This document shows, piece by piece, positions 38,562 through 48,987 of a DNA stretch of 64,000 nt; the stretch's first letter is position 1; each line of letters starts with the position of its first letter. The notes below the pieces were generated by a model. That model made no database searches. It was not told the origin of the DNA and saw only the letters and a list, made by a program, of their open reading frames with translations. Made by a program: the position numbers and the translations under genes. The DNA comes from a candidate division LCP-89 bacterium B3_LCP (GTDB taxonomy: Bacteria > Electryoneota > B3-LCP). The stretch is taken from assembly GCA_005223185.1 (NCBI GenBank), contig NJBN01000009.1, positions 1,321 to 65,320 of the forward strand, written 5' to 3'.

Positions 38562-38879
38562 GACAACCTCATGTGAAGCTTCAGTCTTTTCTAAAGATAA
38601 TAAGTTTTTATCAAAAAATCAAGCACAAATCTAATAAAAACGATAAAATTTACAATTGATAGGAATTTACAATTTATTAATCACAGCACACAATAGTTCA
38701 TTGCTATTTCTAAACGGAAGAATCCCACCAGCATTACAAAAATATCCATAATTATAACTTGACTTTGCAGATTAAAACAGCGATTTTATTTTGCTAATTA
38801 TTTTGTACTGCACATCTCCCATTTTCAAAGCTGCTGGCACTGCCAGATCACCTGATTGACAACTTCTTCCAAAAGGTGA

Positions 38880-40238
38880 ATGATGAAAGCTCCGCAAATC
38901 TTACTCACTCCCGGAAGCGAAAAGAACTGTGTCAGACTGAAATCGCTCTTAATGAATCAAGGATTCAGAGTACAGGAAGCCGATTCCATTGTTCATGATT
39001 TACCTCCATTGCTTGAAGATCCACCGGAGGTTGTAATCTTCCACACCAACCACACTAATACAGCTGAAATCATTCTTTCCATCAAACGCATCCGGCGCCA
39101 GGATCCCTGGATTCCACTGTTCATTACAGCGGAATCCAGCAGTGAGGACCAGGCGATTACTATGTTCAGGGCGGGAATCACTGATTACTTTAAAGTTCCC
39201 TATTCACTAAATGAGTTGGTTGCGAGTATTAAGAGGAACTTACCCCGCCACATGATGAATGCTGGCAATTCCTTCATCGATCAGAGGATGATCGGAGAGA
39301 GCCAGGTTATGCAATCCATAAAAGACAGTCTAAGAAAAATCGCCAGAACCACGGCGAGTGTTCTAATCAGTGGTGAAACCGGAACGGGAAAAGAGTTGGT
39401 CGCAGAACTAATTCACGAAGAGAGTCCCAGAAGCGGCAAACCATTTATCTGTATAAACTGTGCAGCGGTACCAGAGGCACTAATGGAAAGCGAGTTTTTC
39501 GGTTACGAACGGGGAGCTTTCACCGGTGCATTAGCCTTGAAACGAGGTAAATTCGAGTCAGCCTCACAGGGGACAGTCTTCCTGGATGAAATCAGCGAAA
39601 TGAGCACCAAGTGCCAAGCCAAATTGTTGAGAGTAATCGAGTTTAAGAAGACATATCGTTTAGGCGGTAACACCTGCATTCCTTTAGATTTCAGAGTGAT
39701 TGCAGCTACCAACCGCGATCCTGTGAGATTGGTCAGCGAGGAACGATTCAGGGAAGATCTGTACTACCGGCTGAACGTTGCCCACATTCATCTTCCTCCT
39801 TTGCGGAACCGGAGAGATGACGTCCCTTTGCTGGTCGATTATTTTATAAAGCAGTTGAATCGAAAATTTAAGCGTGCGGTAAAAGGAGTCACCGACAATG
39901 CTATGAATTATCTTTTGGAATATCACTGGCCGGGGAATATTCGAGAGTTGCAAAATCTTTTAGAAGCCGCCTTCATCGATCTTCCGGAGAGGAATTTGTC
40001 CTTCATCGATCTCCCCCAAAGGCCGGATCATGTGGATCGTGAGACCAGATTGCCCATAGTCAATGAAAGAGATAATATGATTTCTGCACTTCTGGAGACC
40101 GATTGGAATAAGAGTAAGGCTGCGGAAAAACTCAATTGGTCACGCATGACCCTGTACCGGAAGATGCAGAAATATCATATATCGAGAGGCGCGCCAAAAG
40201 GCGAAATGCACAACTCGCTGGATTCGATCATCAAATAA
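38880..40238 (+). CDS. Sigma-54-dependent enhancer-binding activator (degenerate REC, AAA+, Fis HTH)
   Basis: GETGTGKE, GAFTGA, FLDEI, FREDLYYRLNV, WPGNIREL, NKSKAAEKL..SRMTLYRKM. Confidence 0.95.
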   Translation: MMKAPQILLTPGSEKNCVRLKSLLMNQGFRVQEADSIVHDLPPLLEDPPEVVIFHTNHTNTAEIILSIKRIRRQDPWIPLFITAESSSEDQAITMFRAGITDYFKVPYSLNELVASIKRNLPRHMMNAGNSFIDQRMIGESQVMQSIKDSLRKIARTTASVLISGETGTGKELVAELIHEESPRSGKPFICINCAAVPEALMESEFFGYERGAFTGALALKRGKFESASQGTVFLDEISEMSTKCQAKLLRVIEFKKTYRLGGNTCIPLDFRVIAATNRDPVRLVSEERFREDLYYRLNVAHIHLPPLRNRRDDVPLLVDYFIKQLNRKFKRAVKGVTDNAMNYLLEYHWPGNIRELQNLLEAAFIDLPERNLSFIDLPQRPDHVDRETRLPIVNERDNMISALLETDWNKSKAAEKLNWSRMTLYRKMQKYHISRGAPKGEMHNSLDSIIK

Positions 40239-40358
40239 TGTAACATTGTAACATATTTGTAACATAGATTAAATTCCTAAAACCCAGCTATAATCATTGC
40301 GGGTTTCATCCCCCCATACCTTGTATCAATTAGCTGTTACAATCTCCTGATTGTTACA
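40239..40358. promoter_or_regulatory. Putative upstream activator sites
   Basis: TGTAACA at 40239, 40247 and 40258, with the reverse complement TGTTACA at 40335 and 40352. Confidence 0.55.
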
Positions 40359-40438
40359 GTATCCTGCCCATTAGACTAAGTCAACAAGTCATCGCCTATA
40401 TCGACGATAATCCCACTCCTAAAGAAGTATTATGAAAA

Positions 40439-40454
40439 CGGTATTATATTTGCT
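40439..40454 (+). promoter_or_regulatory. Sigma-54 -24/-12 promoter
   Basis: CGGTATTATATTTGCT gives GG-N10-GC with TTGCT at -12, about 65 nt before the first gene of the eCIS run. Confidence 0.65.
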
Positions 40455-40517
40455 TAAGTGAATTGATACACCGTTAGCATTGTTCTAAAACAGATGTCTT
40501 TTTAAACATGGAGTAGT

Positions 40518-40763
40518 ATGGATATGCATGAGGAGGCCGAGTCTCAAATTGAAAAGCCGGTGGGACGTTATGCCAATTTTTTCAATATAGGTCATAATGC
40601 ATTTGAATTCCTGATTGATTTTGGCCAGCTTTATTTAGATGGTCACACCGTTCAATATCATACTCGAATTGTCACCAACCCTGTCTATGCAATGGAACTA
40701 TATAAAACATTAAAATCATCCATTGAGCAATATGAGGATCATTTTGGGGAGAAAAGCAGATAG
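40518..40763 (+). CDS. DUF3467-like small protein
   Basis: GRYANFFNIGHNAFEFLIDFGQ...RIVTNP pattern, GGAG RBS. Confidence 0.75.
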   Translation: MDMHEEAESQIEKPVGRYANFFNIGHNAFEFLIDFGQLYLDGHTVQYHTRIVTNPVYAMELYKTLKSSIEQYEDHFGEKSR

Positions 40764-40921
40764 TTGCAACTTGATTTGATTTGTATTTACATCCTGCCGC
40801 CGGTTCCTACATGCGGTGCTAAACTCACCAGTTTGATCTCTCACCCATTGAACACATGGGAGTTATCTCCTTCATCAATCAGCGAATGAATTAAAACAAT
40901 TAATAGAAAGGAGTTATAAAC

Positions 40922-42913
40922 ATGCCTACTTACCTTCATCCGGGAGTTTACGTGGAAGAAATTCCCAGCGGAGTAAAGCCGATTGAGGGGGTTGCTACTT
41001 CCATAGCGGCTTTTATTGGTGAGGTTTACAAAGGACCGGCTAATGAAGCAGTGCTCATTCATAGTTGGGATGACTATGTAACTGAATTTTGTGACATAAC
41101 ATCAGAAGAAGACAAAATGGGTTTAGCCGTTTCCGCTTTTTACCAGAATGGCGGTAAGGATGCCTATATCGTGCGGCTAGTGAACAACGGTGTCAAGGCA
41201 TCGTTACCGACACCTCCTGGTACACCAGGTGAGAGTACCGGAGGAGCGGACGTTTTCGTTATCGAAGCCAGTAGTGTTGGAACCTGGGGTAATGATACCT
41301 ATGTCCGCATTGTCAAACCGAACACCACCGATCTCACCTTCGACCTGGAAGTCGGTCATATCGAAGACGGCGAATTCGAAGCTGACGAGGTATTCTCCGA
41401 CCTGAGTATGGACAATACTCTTGACAGCTACGTCCTGACGATAGTGAATCGTGATTCGTCCCTGATCAGTATATCCCTCACGGATATAGCCAATCCGGAT
41501 AAAACGGGCAATCTCTACAAAGCGGGCTCTTTGACCAGCGGTGTGGCGATGACCACTGCCACCTATTTTCAGAATAATATCGCTAACAACATGACTCTCA
41601 GCCTCAATATCAACAACCTGGGCAGAAAACGGATTACTCTTGGGGAGGCTTCCTCTTTCAGTTTCACCGGAACTCCTGATAATGATGCAGATGGTAAAAT
41701 ACTGGCTGCAGCCATCCAAAAAGCCGTCCTGGAGCTGGATCCTACGAATCCTCCTTACAAGAACTTTACCTGCGTGTACAACGATACTGCAGCTCCGAAC
41801 AAGTTCATCCTCTCTTCTGGGACAGCCATGCCGAATTCGACTGTATCCGTCTATGATGGTGATGAAAGTAGTACAGATCTGGCGAATGTCATCAAACTAA
41901 GTTCGAAGCACTCACCGGAATCCGTTCACGGCTCAGAGGATGTGATTCCAAAAGAACAGTTGGGTGTCGCTGAGCTGGGTATTCCTTTAGAAGGAGGAAG
42001 CGGTGATCCACCGACAGCAAATGATTACAAGAACTTTTTTGATCCTACATTGAAGAAGATTCGTGACATCAGTATAATGGTTCTTCCCGGGCAATACTGG
42101 GCTGCAAACGGATCTGGAAACGCAGCCATCAGTAATGCACTAACTCACGCAGACGTGATGAAAAACCGGATGGTGATCATCGATCCTGAACCAGGGACAG
42201 ATGGGGAATTAGATCAAGCTAAAAAGGTAACGGATATGGAGCTCAACACTTCCACTTATGGGGTTCTTTACTACCCTTGGGTGAAAGTCGCCAATCCATT
42301 CTATCATGCCGAAACTAATCCTAATGTTTCCAAAACGCTAACAATAGCTCCGTCTGCTTTCGCTGCCGGCATGTGGTCTAAGGTAGATGGCAAGAGAGGC
42401 GTCTGGAAAGCACCAGCCGGCATGGATACTTCGCTTTTAGGCGTTGCGGGACTTGAATATATAGTCGGGGATGGAGAACAAGATCAGCTCAATCCTATGG
42501 GCGTGAACTGTCTACGCAAAATGCCCGGGTATGGTACCGTAATCTGGGGCACGCGAACCCTTTCCACTAAAGCCAATCCAGAGTGGCGTTACATCCCCAT
42601 AAGGCGCACCGCCATCTACATCGAACAGAGCATCTACAACGGCATTCAATGGGCGGTGTTTGAACCGAACTGTCATATCCTGTGGTCCAGCTTGAGGACG
42701 AACATCACCTCATTTATGAATGGTATGTTCCGCAATGGCGCATTCCAGGGTGAAAAAGCTTCCGATGCCTATTTCGTCCGCTGTGATTTGGGAGATACCA
42801 TGACTCAGGATGACATCGACCGTGGACAGGTGATTGTGATCGTCGGTTTTGCTCCCCTAAAACCGGCAGAGTTCGTCATCGTTCGTATCCAGCAAAAAGT
42901 AGCACAGCAATAA
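40922..42913 (+). CDS. eCIS contractile sheath protein
   Basis: MPTYLHPGVYVEE, AF.G...GP, YYPWV, RGVWKAPAG, WGTRTL, WRYIPIRR, WAVFEPN, GFAPLKPAEFVI. Confidence 0.97.
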   Translation: MPTYLHPGVYVEEIPSGVKPIEGVATSIAAFIGEVYKGPANEAVLIHSWDDYVTEFCDITSEEDKMGLAVSAFYQNGGKDAYIVRLVNNGVKASLPTPPGTPGESTGGADVFVIEASSVGTWGNDTYVRIVKPNTTDLTFDLEVGHIEDGEFEADEVFSDLSMDNTLDSYVLTIVNRDSSLISISLTDIANPDKTGNLYKAGSLTSGVAMTTATYFQNNIANNMTLSLNINNLGRKRITLGEASSFSFTGTPDNDADGKILAAAIQKAVLELDPTNPPYKNFTCVYNDTAAPNKFILSSGTAMPNSTVSVYDGDESSTDLANVIKLSSKHSPESVHGSEDVIPKEQLGVAELGIPLEGGSGDPPTANDYKNFFDPTLKKIRDISIMVLPGQYWAANGSGNAAISNALTHADVMKNRMVIIDPEPGTDGELDQAKKVTDMELNTSTYGVLYYPWVKVANPFYHAETNPNVSKTLTIAPSAFAAGMWSKVDGKRGVWKAPAGMDTSLLGVAGLEYIVGDGEQDQLNPMGVNCLRKMPGYGTVIWGTRTLSTKANPEWRYIPIRRTAIYIEQSIYNGIQWAVFEPNCHILWSSLRTNITSFMNGMFRNGAFQGEKASDAYFVRCDLGDTMTQDDIDRGQVIVIVGFAPLKPAEFVIVRIQQKVAQQ

Positions 42914-42932
42914 TAAAATAAAGGAAGGAGCT

Positions 42933-43442
42933 ATGCCTACAACGCTTTTTTCCGTGAACACTCATCGCCATGATCCGTACCGCACTTTTAAATTTCAGAT
43001 CATTATAGACGGTAATGTGGTAGCAGGACTGAAAAAGATGGGTGCCTTGAAGAAGAAGACCGAACCAGTAAAATGGCGCGCTTCCAACGATCCATCCCAT
43101 GAGAGAATTATGCCCGGTGGAACCAGCTATGAACCTGTGGCATTGGAACAGGGCCTGACGCATGATTTGGTCTTTGAGGAATGGGCAAACAAGGTCAACA
43201 ACATCGAGGGTGATGCTGCAGTATCCCTGAAGGATTTTCGCAAGGACATTGTCATCAACGTGCTCAATTTATCGGGGCAGGTGGCAATATCCTACAAATT
43301 ATTCCGTGCCTGGGTCTCCGATTTTCAGGCTCTGCCTGATTTGGATGCGGGCAGCATGAATACGGTGGGCATTCAGACGATTACGCTGCAGCATGAAGGC
43401 TGGGAGAGAGACACCGGCGTATCTGAACCGACGGAGGCTTAA
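42933..43442 (+). CDS. eCIS tail tube protein (T4 gp19-like)
   Basis: R.DPYRTFKF, MPG.T.YEP..LE.G.T, FEEWA, DFRKDI.I, LQHEGWERD. Confidence 0.95.
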   Translation: MPTTLFSVNTHRHDPYRTFKFQIIIDGNVVAGLKKMGALKKKTEPVKWRASNDPSHERIMPGGTSYEPVALEQGLTHDLVFEEWANKVNNIEGDAAVSLKDFRKDIVINVLNLSGQVAISYKLFRAWVSDFQALPDLDAGSMNTVGIQTITLQHEGWERDTGVSEPTEA

Positions 43443-44275
43443 TGCGGCTTCCCGGAGGACTCGTTCAGGACGGTAGGCTACTCCGGGAATGCACTTTCAA
43501 ACCACTCACCGGCAAGGTTGAATTGGAGCTCTTCACGGTTCTGGATTCAATGTCTAGTATGCCAGAGCAGGTGACTATCACTCTATCGATGCTATTGAAA
43601 CACCTGGGTGGGGAGAAAGTGACTCCGGAAAAGGTCAGCCAACTGTGCATAGCAGACCGCCAGTTCCTGATGCAGCAGCTTGCCGTCCACATGGGCGAGG
43701 ATGAGCTTTGGTACACGGCTGTATGCTTTGAATGCGAGCAGCGGTTCGATTTCCAGATTCGGACGTCAGAACTACCGGTAAGGGAGGCGCGACCGGGATA
43801 CCCGCATATAAGCGTGGATACCTCTCTGGGTAGATGCCGGTTGCGGTTACCTACGGGAGATGATCAGAGTATCATCTCTGGATTTTCAGATACCGATGTA
43901 GCCTTTAAACAGTTAGTCAAGCGGAGTATCCTCTCGCTTGAGAAAGGCGATAAGAAGAGAAATATATCAGATACTCTGTTATCGAAGTTCACCAAGGATG
44001 ACGTTGCAGTTATGGAAGAGGCAATGGATTCTGTTTCTCCGGCAATTGTGACCTCAATTAGTACGACCTGTCCGGAATGCGGTCACAGAAATATTGCCAA
44101 GATCGATCCGTACTTCATTCTGGAGCATTTCAGCGACAACTTGATCTCTGAGATTCACGTCCTGGCTTCTACTTATCACTGGAGCGAATCTGACATTCTA
44201 GCTCTGCCTCGCCAGCGGCGCCACCATTACCTTTCGCTCATCGATCAACGTACATCGGTGGATGATTATCATTAA
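43442..44275 (+). CDS. eCIS baseplate-hub / tail assembly protein
   Basis: L..ADRQFL, two CxxC motifs (CFEC, CPEC), RLPTG.DQ, C-terminal EIH.LA..YHWSE.DIL.LP..RR..YL. Confidence 0.75.
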   Translation: MRLPGGLVQDGRLLRECTFKPLTGKVELELFTVLDSMSSMPEQVTITLSMLLKHLGGEKVTPEKVSQLCIADRQFLMQQLAVHMGEDELWYTAVCFECEQRFDFQIRTSELPVREARPGYPHISVDTSLGRCRLRLPTGDDQSIISGFSDTDVAFKQLVKRSILSLEKGDKKRNISDTLLSKFTKDDVAVMEEAMDSVSPAIVTSISTTCPECGHRNIAKIDPYFILEHFSDNLISEIHVLASTYHWSESDILALPRQRRHHYLSLIDQRTSVDDYH

Positions 44276-44287
44276 TGATGGATAAAT

Positions 44288-45421
44288 ATGGGATTATTTC
44301 TCGACGTCGTAAGGGATAGTAAAAGGAGAGTCAAGAGTTCGGTGACGAATCCGCGTTCCGCGGGCAGACCTCTGCATTCTGTCTCTTCCCCCACTGAAAT
44401 AACTCACAACCCTGCTGCAGATAAAACTTCGGCCGCCTCGAATCGTACGGTATCGAATACAGCCAGCCAGAACAGAAAAGAGAGTACCAAACCTGCTGAG
44501 AGAAATCAAAATATTTCTCATACCACTTCAGGAGAGTCCACACAGAAGATCCACTTGAAACCGCCCTTTTCGATTGTAAATCGATCAGAAAAACCCAAAG
44601 CAAAGAAACAGAGAAAAGAAACACCGAAACCAACAAAGCTGCAAAGCAAAAGCGGGCGCGGAAGAATCGAAAAACCTGAGGAAGTGCAGGTATCCGGGTT
44701 GTTAAAAAGCAGGAAAACTCCCGCTCAAGAGAACCGCCCACAACATATTGAGGCAAAGAAATCCAAATCCGGCAATAAGAAACGTGAGAGGCGCAAAAGA
44801 AAACCGGAGACCGCTCAAATCAAGGCTGCCATACGTTCAGAGCCGCAAAAACAATCAGACGCACAGCCCATGATGAAGGAGATTCCTGCACAGAAACCTG
44901 ACACATCAGAAAGGAGACCGCTTCGGGTAGAACCAATCGAATCGAAATTCCCATTCCCGGGTCATCAAACCGGTGAAAAACAGAAGGTGGAGAAAGCGTC
45001 GAGGCAGACCTCACCAGATGAAGAAGAGGTAGGTGAAGGTACTCTCTTAGCTGAAGGGGAAGGTTTAAAAAGAGGAGAGGAAGGTTATTATTCTAAAGCG
45101 GCCAATGAGACAATTGTCAGCAATTTTAACGAAACGAGTTCGAGGGAAAGAGTTCAGGACGTAGAAGTGAATGATGTGCAGACGAAAATTACCCCTTACG
45201 AAACGTCCCATCAGCCAGAGATTTCTAGGCCGTTGGAAGAGCCGCTCAGTCATGTTGAAAGCGTTTCCGGCCCTGAACCACCCATCTCTCACGAGCCCAC
45301 TGTCCAGATCGGGTTGGTAGAGGTCATAGTGGCTGTGCAGGATGGACATTCCGGGCGCAAGGTAGCTCATGAATCCTCACCCGGAGATTTCACCAGCCGG
45401 CACTATTTGCGGAGTGTTTGA
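44288..45421 (+). CDS. Low-complexity eCIS-associated hypothetical protein
   Basis: K/E/S/P-rich, predicted disordered, short hydrophobic C-terminal motif PTVQIGLVEVIV...HYLRSV. Tightly packed in the operon. Confidence 0.7.
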   Translation: MGLFLDVVRDSKRRVKSSVTNPRSAGRPLHSVSSPTEITHNPAADKTSAASNRTVSNTASQNRKESTKPAERNQNISHTTSGESTQKIHLKPPFSIVNRSEKPKAKKQRKETPKPTKLQSKSGRGRIEKPEEVQVSGLLKSRKTPAQENRPQHIEAKKSKSGNKKRERRKRKPETAQIKAAIRSEPQKQSDAQPMMKEIPAQKPDTSERRPLRVEPIESKFPFPGHQTGEKQKVEKASRQTSPDEEEVGEGTLLAEGEGLKRGEEGYYSKAANETIVSNFNETSSRERVQDVEVNDVQTKITPYETSHQPEISRPLEEPLSHVESVSGPEPPISHEPTVQIGLVEVIVAVQDGHSGRKVAHESSPGDFTSRHYLRSV

Positions 45422-45423
45422 GA

Positions 45424-46494
45424 ATGGCAAATACACCAGAATCCTCACTATCGAAGGCTTGTAAGGTTGTAGCTGATTTCTTGAATGATAAGCTATCGGC
45501 TGGCAATTGGCTGGAAGTCAGCATTGGGAATCTCGCTGATGCTCATAAGCCGTCAGCTAACATAGAGTATCGCATCAACCTGTATTTTTACAACTTCGAG
45601 CCTTCAGGATTTTTCCCGGACATCGCTCCGGAAGATACCTGGTGGCTAAAAACCTATTGTCTCATAACGGCTTTTAGCTTCTCAGAGTCAAGCGATGAAA
45701 GTTCGGGCGAGGGCGAACTAGGACTTCTCGGTAATGTGATACGCGTATTCCATGAATCTCCGGTCTTAACTGCTGACATATCGGGAACGGATTTCCTTCT
45801 ACAGATTATCTATCATCCTTTAAGCGTCGATGCTTTAAACAACCTTTGGTCCACCCAATCTGAAGCTATCCAGCGGGCCTCCATTGCTTATGAAATATCC
45901 CTCTGTCCAGTTATCCCAGAAAAAGAGAAATCGACGTACACTCGTGCAGGTGCATTCGGCACCGAAGTACGCCCAGAAGTCAGTTCGAAGACCAAGACTG
46001 AAAAATTCTCTGGTAAATTCCCCGATGATTACAAGTGGCCCCATGTGACGAAAACTGAGGTGGATATCTTGCCTGAAGACTGGGCACCTGCCATCTGTTT
46101 CGTTCATAATAACGAATGCGCGCAGATTTTATATTTCCTTAAGGGAAGTGCTGAACTTGCAGATTTTAAAAGTCCCGTATGGATTGCTGGAGAAAAAGAT
46201 GCTAAAGTGACGCTCCAGTGGGAAGTATGGACAAGATCGGGAGGATGGGTGAAGAAGACTGGGAAGGATGTAACCATTGAACAACCGGATATCGATCCCG
46301 CGGTAATCGATCCCGATTTGGTTGACAAGGCGAAGACGGTAAATTTTGCTCCAACCGGGATTTCAATCCCCGCTGATGAAATTAGCTGTCAAGCAATGCT
46401 TTACGCCATTCGCAAATACAAACGGGGATTCGATCAACTGGAGATTGAAGTACGAAGTAACCCCTTGTTGGTAACGATTTACAAGAATCCGTGA
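45424..46494 (+). CDS. Pvc16/Afp16 (DUF4255)-like cap / sheath terminator protein
   Basis: RINLYFY, CLITAF, LLG.VIR.FHE.PVL, L.NLWST....RASIAYEI, plus a C-terminal extension. Confidence 0.8.
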   Translation: MANTPESSLSKACKVVADFLNDKLSAGNWLEVSIGNLADAHKPSANIEYRINLYFYNFEPSGFFPDIAPEDTWWLKTYCLITAFSFSESSDESSGEGELGLLGNVIRVFHESPVLTADISGTDFLLQIIYHPLSVDALNNLWSTQSEAIQRASIAYEISLCPVIPEKEKSTYTRAGAFGTEVRPEVSSKTKTEKFSGKFPDDYKWPHVTKTEVDILPEDWAPAICFVHNNECAQILYFLKGSAELADFKSPVWIAGEKDAKVTLQWEVWTRSGGWVKKTGKDVTIEQPDIDPAVIDPDLVDKAKTVNFAPTGISIPADEISCQAMLYAIRKYKRGFDQLEIEVRSNPLLVTIYKNP

Positions 46495-47831
46495 TGAATG
46501 CAAAACCTGAAACGTGCACGCTGGATGCATTAACTCTGGAATGGGAGCGTGTAGAATTACTGGCGCGCTTTCTCTCAGATTCGCGTGCAGGGCACACGAT
46601 TCCTCAAGAGAAATTAGATCATCTGCAGTCGCTCCAACAGCAGATAGATGTGTGCAGGAAGCAGACCAATCCCTGGAATGATCTGGTTCCGGTGAGGCTT
46701 TCTCCGCTTGAGCAGGATATCCTGGCATGTATCATCGCACCTGAGGCTATCCCCCGCATCGCCTGGCTATTTCAGTCGCTGCAACCGGGAGTTCCCCAGC
46801 CCTATCCAACTTTAGCTCTCTTACAAGAATTATTAGCTCTTTCACCGACCGAATCTTCCCAACTTTATACGGTTCTTTCAGAAGACTACCCCTTACGTAT
46901 GCACCGTCTGGTCGATCTGCAGGGTAGTGAATTATCCCAGCCGGTACAGCCTTCACCAAGAGTAATTTCGATTTTGTTACAGCGCCCACACCTGATGAGC
47001 AATCTTCCCGGCACAGTACGAATTCGAAATTCTGTTAGCTGGGCAGATTTAATTCTACCTCAGGAGCGTAAGACGATCCTAAAAGAATTTCTGTTCTGGA
47101 TTCAACATAAACAGATTGTAGTTCAGGAGTGGGGCGGCAGCGACTGTGGTGGTCCGATCGGCCTATTTTCAGGCCCCTCAGGTACTGGAAAAACGCTGGC
47201 TGCTGTCGTTTTAGCCAATGAATTAGGATGGCCCCTGTACCGCGTCGATTTAGGATGCCTGGTCAGTAAATACATCGGTGAAACCGAAAAGAACCTGAAC
47301 CGATTATTCGATGCCGCCCACGAGCAAAAACTGGTATTGCAGTTCGATGAGGCAGACAGCCTGTTCAGCAAACGTGGCGAGGTGAAAGAAGCTCGCGACC
47401 GTTATGCTAATATGGAGGTCAGCCATCTGTTGGCGCGCATCGAAAGTCACCAGGGGCCTGTGATTCTGACTACAAATTTACGCAAACATCTCGATACCGC
47501 CTTCGTACGACGTTTCCAGGTTGTTGTCGATTTCCCGAGACCGGATAAAACGGCCCGGGCGCAGTTGTGGAAATGTCATTTGCCTGCAGGAGCACCTTTA
47601 TTGCCTGAAATTGACCCAGCTTTCTTAGGTGAGGCGGTTAATTTGACAGGTGGGCACATCCGTAATGCGGCACTGTACGCCTCTTATATTTCGGCTGGAT
47701 ACGGGCAGAAAATCGGTTATAAGCAGATATCTCTCGCCGTATGGCGCGAACTCAACAAGGAAGGCAGAGAGGTTTCACAATCCGACCTGGGACCGTTAGC
47801 GGAATATTTAGTATTGGATGGTCTATGTTAG
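46494..47831 (+). CDS. eCIS AAA+ ATPase (Pvc15/Afp15-like)
   Basis: LFSGPSGTGKTLAA, YRVDL..LVSKYIGETEKNL, FDEADSLFSKRGEVKEARDRYANMEV. Confidence 0.93.
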   Translation: MNAKPETCTLDALTLEWERVELLARFLSDSRAGHTIPQEKLDHLQSLQQQIDVCRKQTNPWNDLVPVRLSPLEQDILACIIAPEAIPRIAWLFQSLQPGVPQPYPTLALLQELLALSPTESSQLYTVLSEDYPLRMHRLVDLQGSELSQPVQPSPRVISILLQRPHLMSNLPGTVRIRNSVSWADLILPQERKTILKEFLFWIQHKQIVVQEWGGSDCGGPIGLFSGPSGTGKTLAAVVLANELGWPLYRVDLGCLVSKYIGETEKNLNRLFDAAHEQKLVLQFDEADSLFSKRGEVKEARDRYANMEVSHLLARIESHQGPVILTTNLRKHLDTAFVRRFQVVVDFPRPDKTARAQLWKCHLPAGAPLLPEIDPAFLGEAVNLTGGHIRNAALYASYISAGYGQKIGYKQISLAVWRELNKEGREVSQSDLGPLAEYLVLDGLC

Positions 47832-48067
47832 TGATCGATAAACTGAAGATTCATCTTCCAGCACAGATGCGCAACCGCGCTGATATAATTGCACGATTGG
47901 TTGCACAAGAGTTGACCTCCACTTCCCAGAAATCGGAAATAACGATAAGCGAACTTAGAACGCCTGCTGTACAGGTACATTCATCTTTCACCGATAATCA
48001 GATTGCACGGTGCATTTCCACCGAAATCCAAACTCAAATCAATCAATTGTCCGTTGAGTCATGTTGA
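47825..48067 (+). CDS. Small eCIS-associated hypothetical protein
   Basis: ATG 47825 (MLVIDKLKIHLP...) overlaps both neighbours. Preferred over the track start at 47741. Confidence 0.6.
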   Translation: MLVIDKLKIHLPAQMRNRADIIARLVAQELTSTSQKSEITISELRTPAVQVHSSFTDNQIARCISTEIQTQINQLSVESC

Positions 48068-48696
48068 AAACTACTAAAGCAATGCTGGTGGAGTATGCCT
48101 TATCCATTCCACCGCTAATTTTACTTTTCGAGTTTAATCCCAAGTTTCTATCGCGCACACGCACTATCACCCTAAAGACTGGAAACGCACCCGGCACTCA
48201 GGGCGGTTACGATTTCACTTTACCGACGGAGACTCCCCGGGTAGCGCAGGGAGTAACCGTTCAACCTGAAACCTTTTCCATAGACATTTTAATCGATGGC
48301 ACTGACCGCATGAATGAGGGTAATGCTATCGTTAAGACGTTTGGTATCGAACCGGAACTCGATACTCTGCGCTGCATGGTTGAACCGAAATCGCAAGGCC
48401 CATTAGGCTTGCAAACCCTGTCCAGTTTGGGACTTGGTGGCGAACGAGCATTTCAGCAATCTGAATCTGCATCGGTGTTGCTTCTGGTTTGGGGTACACA
48501 TATTCTACCTATTTTTCTCACCAGCGCTCAGATTAAGGAAACTGCACATCTTCCTTCCCTGGTACCTTATCGCGCGGAAGTGACCCTCAGCATGCAAATC
48601 ATCGAAGGAAACAACGTCTTTTACATGGTGGAAAAGATACGCCAGGTGGTAAGTGCGGCGATGAACACAGTCGATACTATTGGAGGATTCTTTTAA
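48061..48696 (+). CDS. CIS tube-initiator-like protein
   Basis: FEFNP..LSR, LL.WG...LP...TS..I.E.......P.RAEV.LS pattern. Confidence 0.75.
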   Translation: MLKTTKAMLVEYALSIPPLILLFEFNPKFLSRTRTITLKTGNAPGTQGGYDFTLPTETPRVAQGVTVQPETFSIDILIDGTDRMNEGNAIVKTFGIEPELDTLRCMVEPKSQGPLGLQTLSSLGLGGERAFQQSESASVLLLVWGTHILPIFLTSAQIKETAHLPSLVPYRAEVTLSMQIIEGNNVFYMVEKIRQVVSAAMNTVDTIGGFF

Positions 48697-48986
48697 TGTT
48701 CAAGAAGGGTTCAAGGTACGAGAAAGCCAGGACGTTCGACCCGGATGCGGATGGCAGCGTGGTGTTAAATGGAGTTCGTCCACGTAAGATCGGCAAGGCA
48801 ACCGGCATGGTAATGCATACGGTTAAGGCTGGTGAACGCATCGATTTGCTGGCACATCATTATTATAACGATGACCGTTTATGGTGGAGGATTGTCGATG
48901 CCAATCCAGAGTTCTTCTACGGAGGAAATATCATTACCAAAGAAATGGAGGGCTCCGTCATCATGATTCCGAAAGCAAAGGAATAG
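48696..48986 (+). CDS. LysM-like / tail protein X-like baseplate protein
   Basis: SRY, HTVKAGERIDLLAHHYYND.RLWWRI.DANP, G..I.IP. Confidence 0.85.
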   Translation: MFKKGSRYEKARTFDPDADGSVVLNGVRPRKIGKATGMVMHTVKAGERIDLLAHHYYNDDRLWWRIVDANPEFFYGGNIITKEMEGSVIMIPKAKE

Positions 48987-48987
48987 C

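Noticed and set aside
38834..38850. TGGCAC upstream of the sigma-54 activator as a -24 box
   Set aside because: No GC at the required GG-N10-GC spacing.
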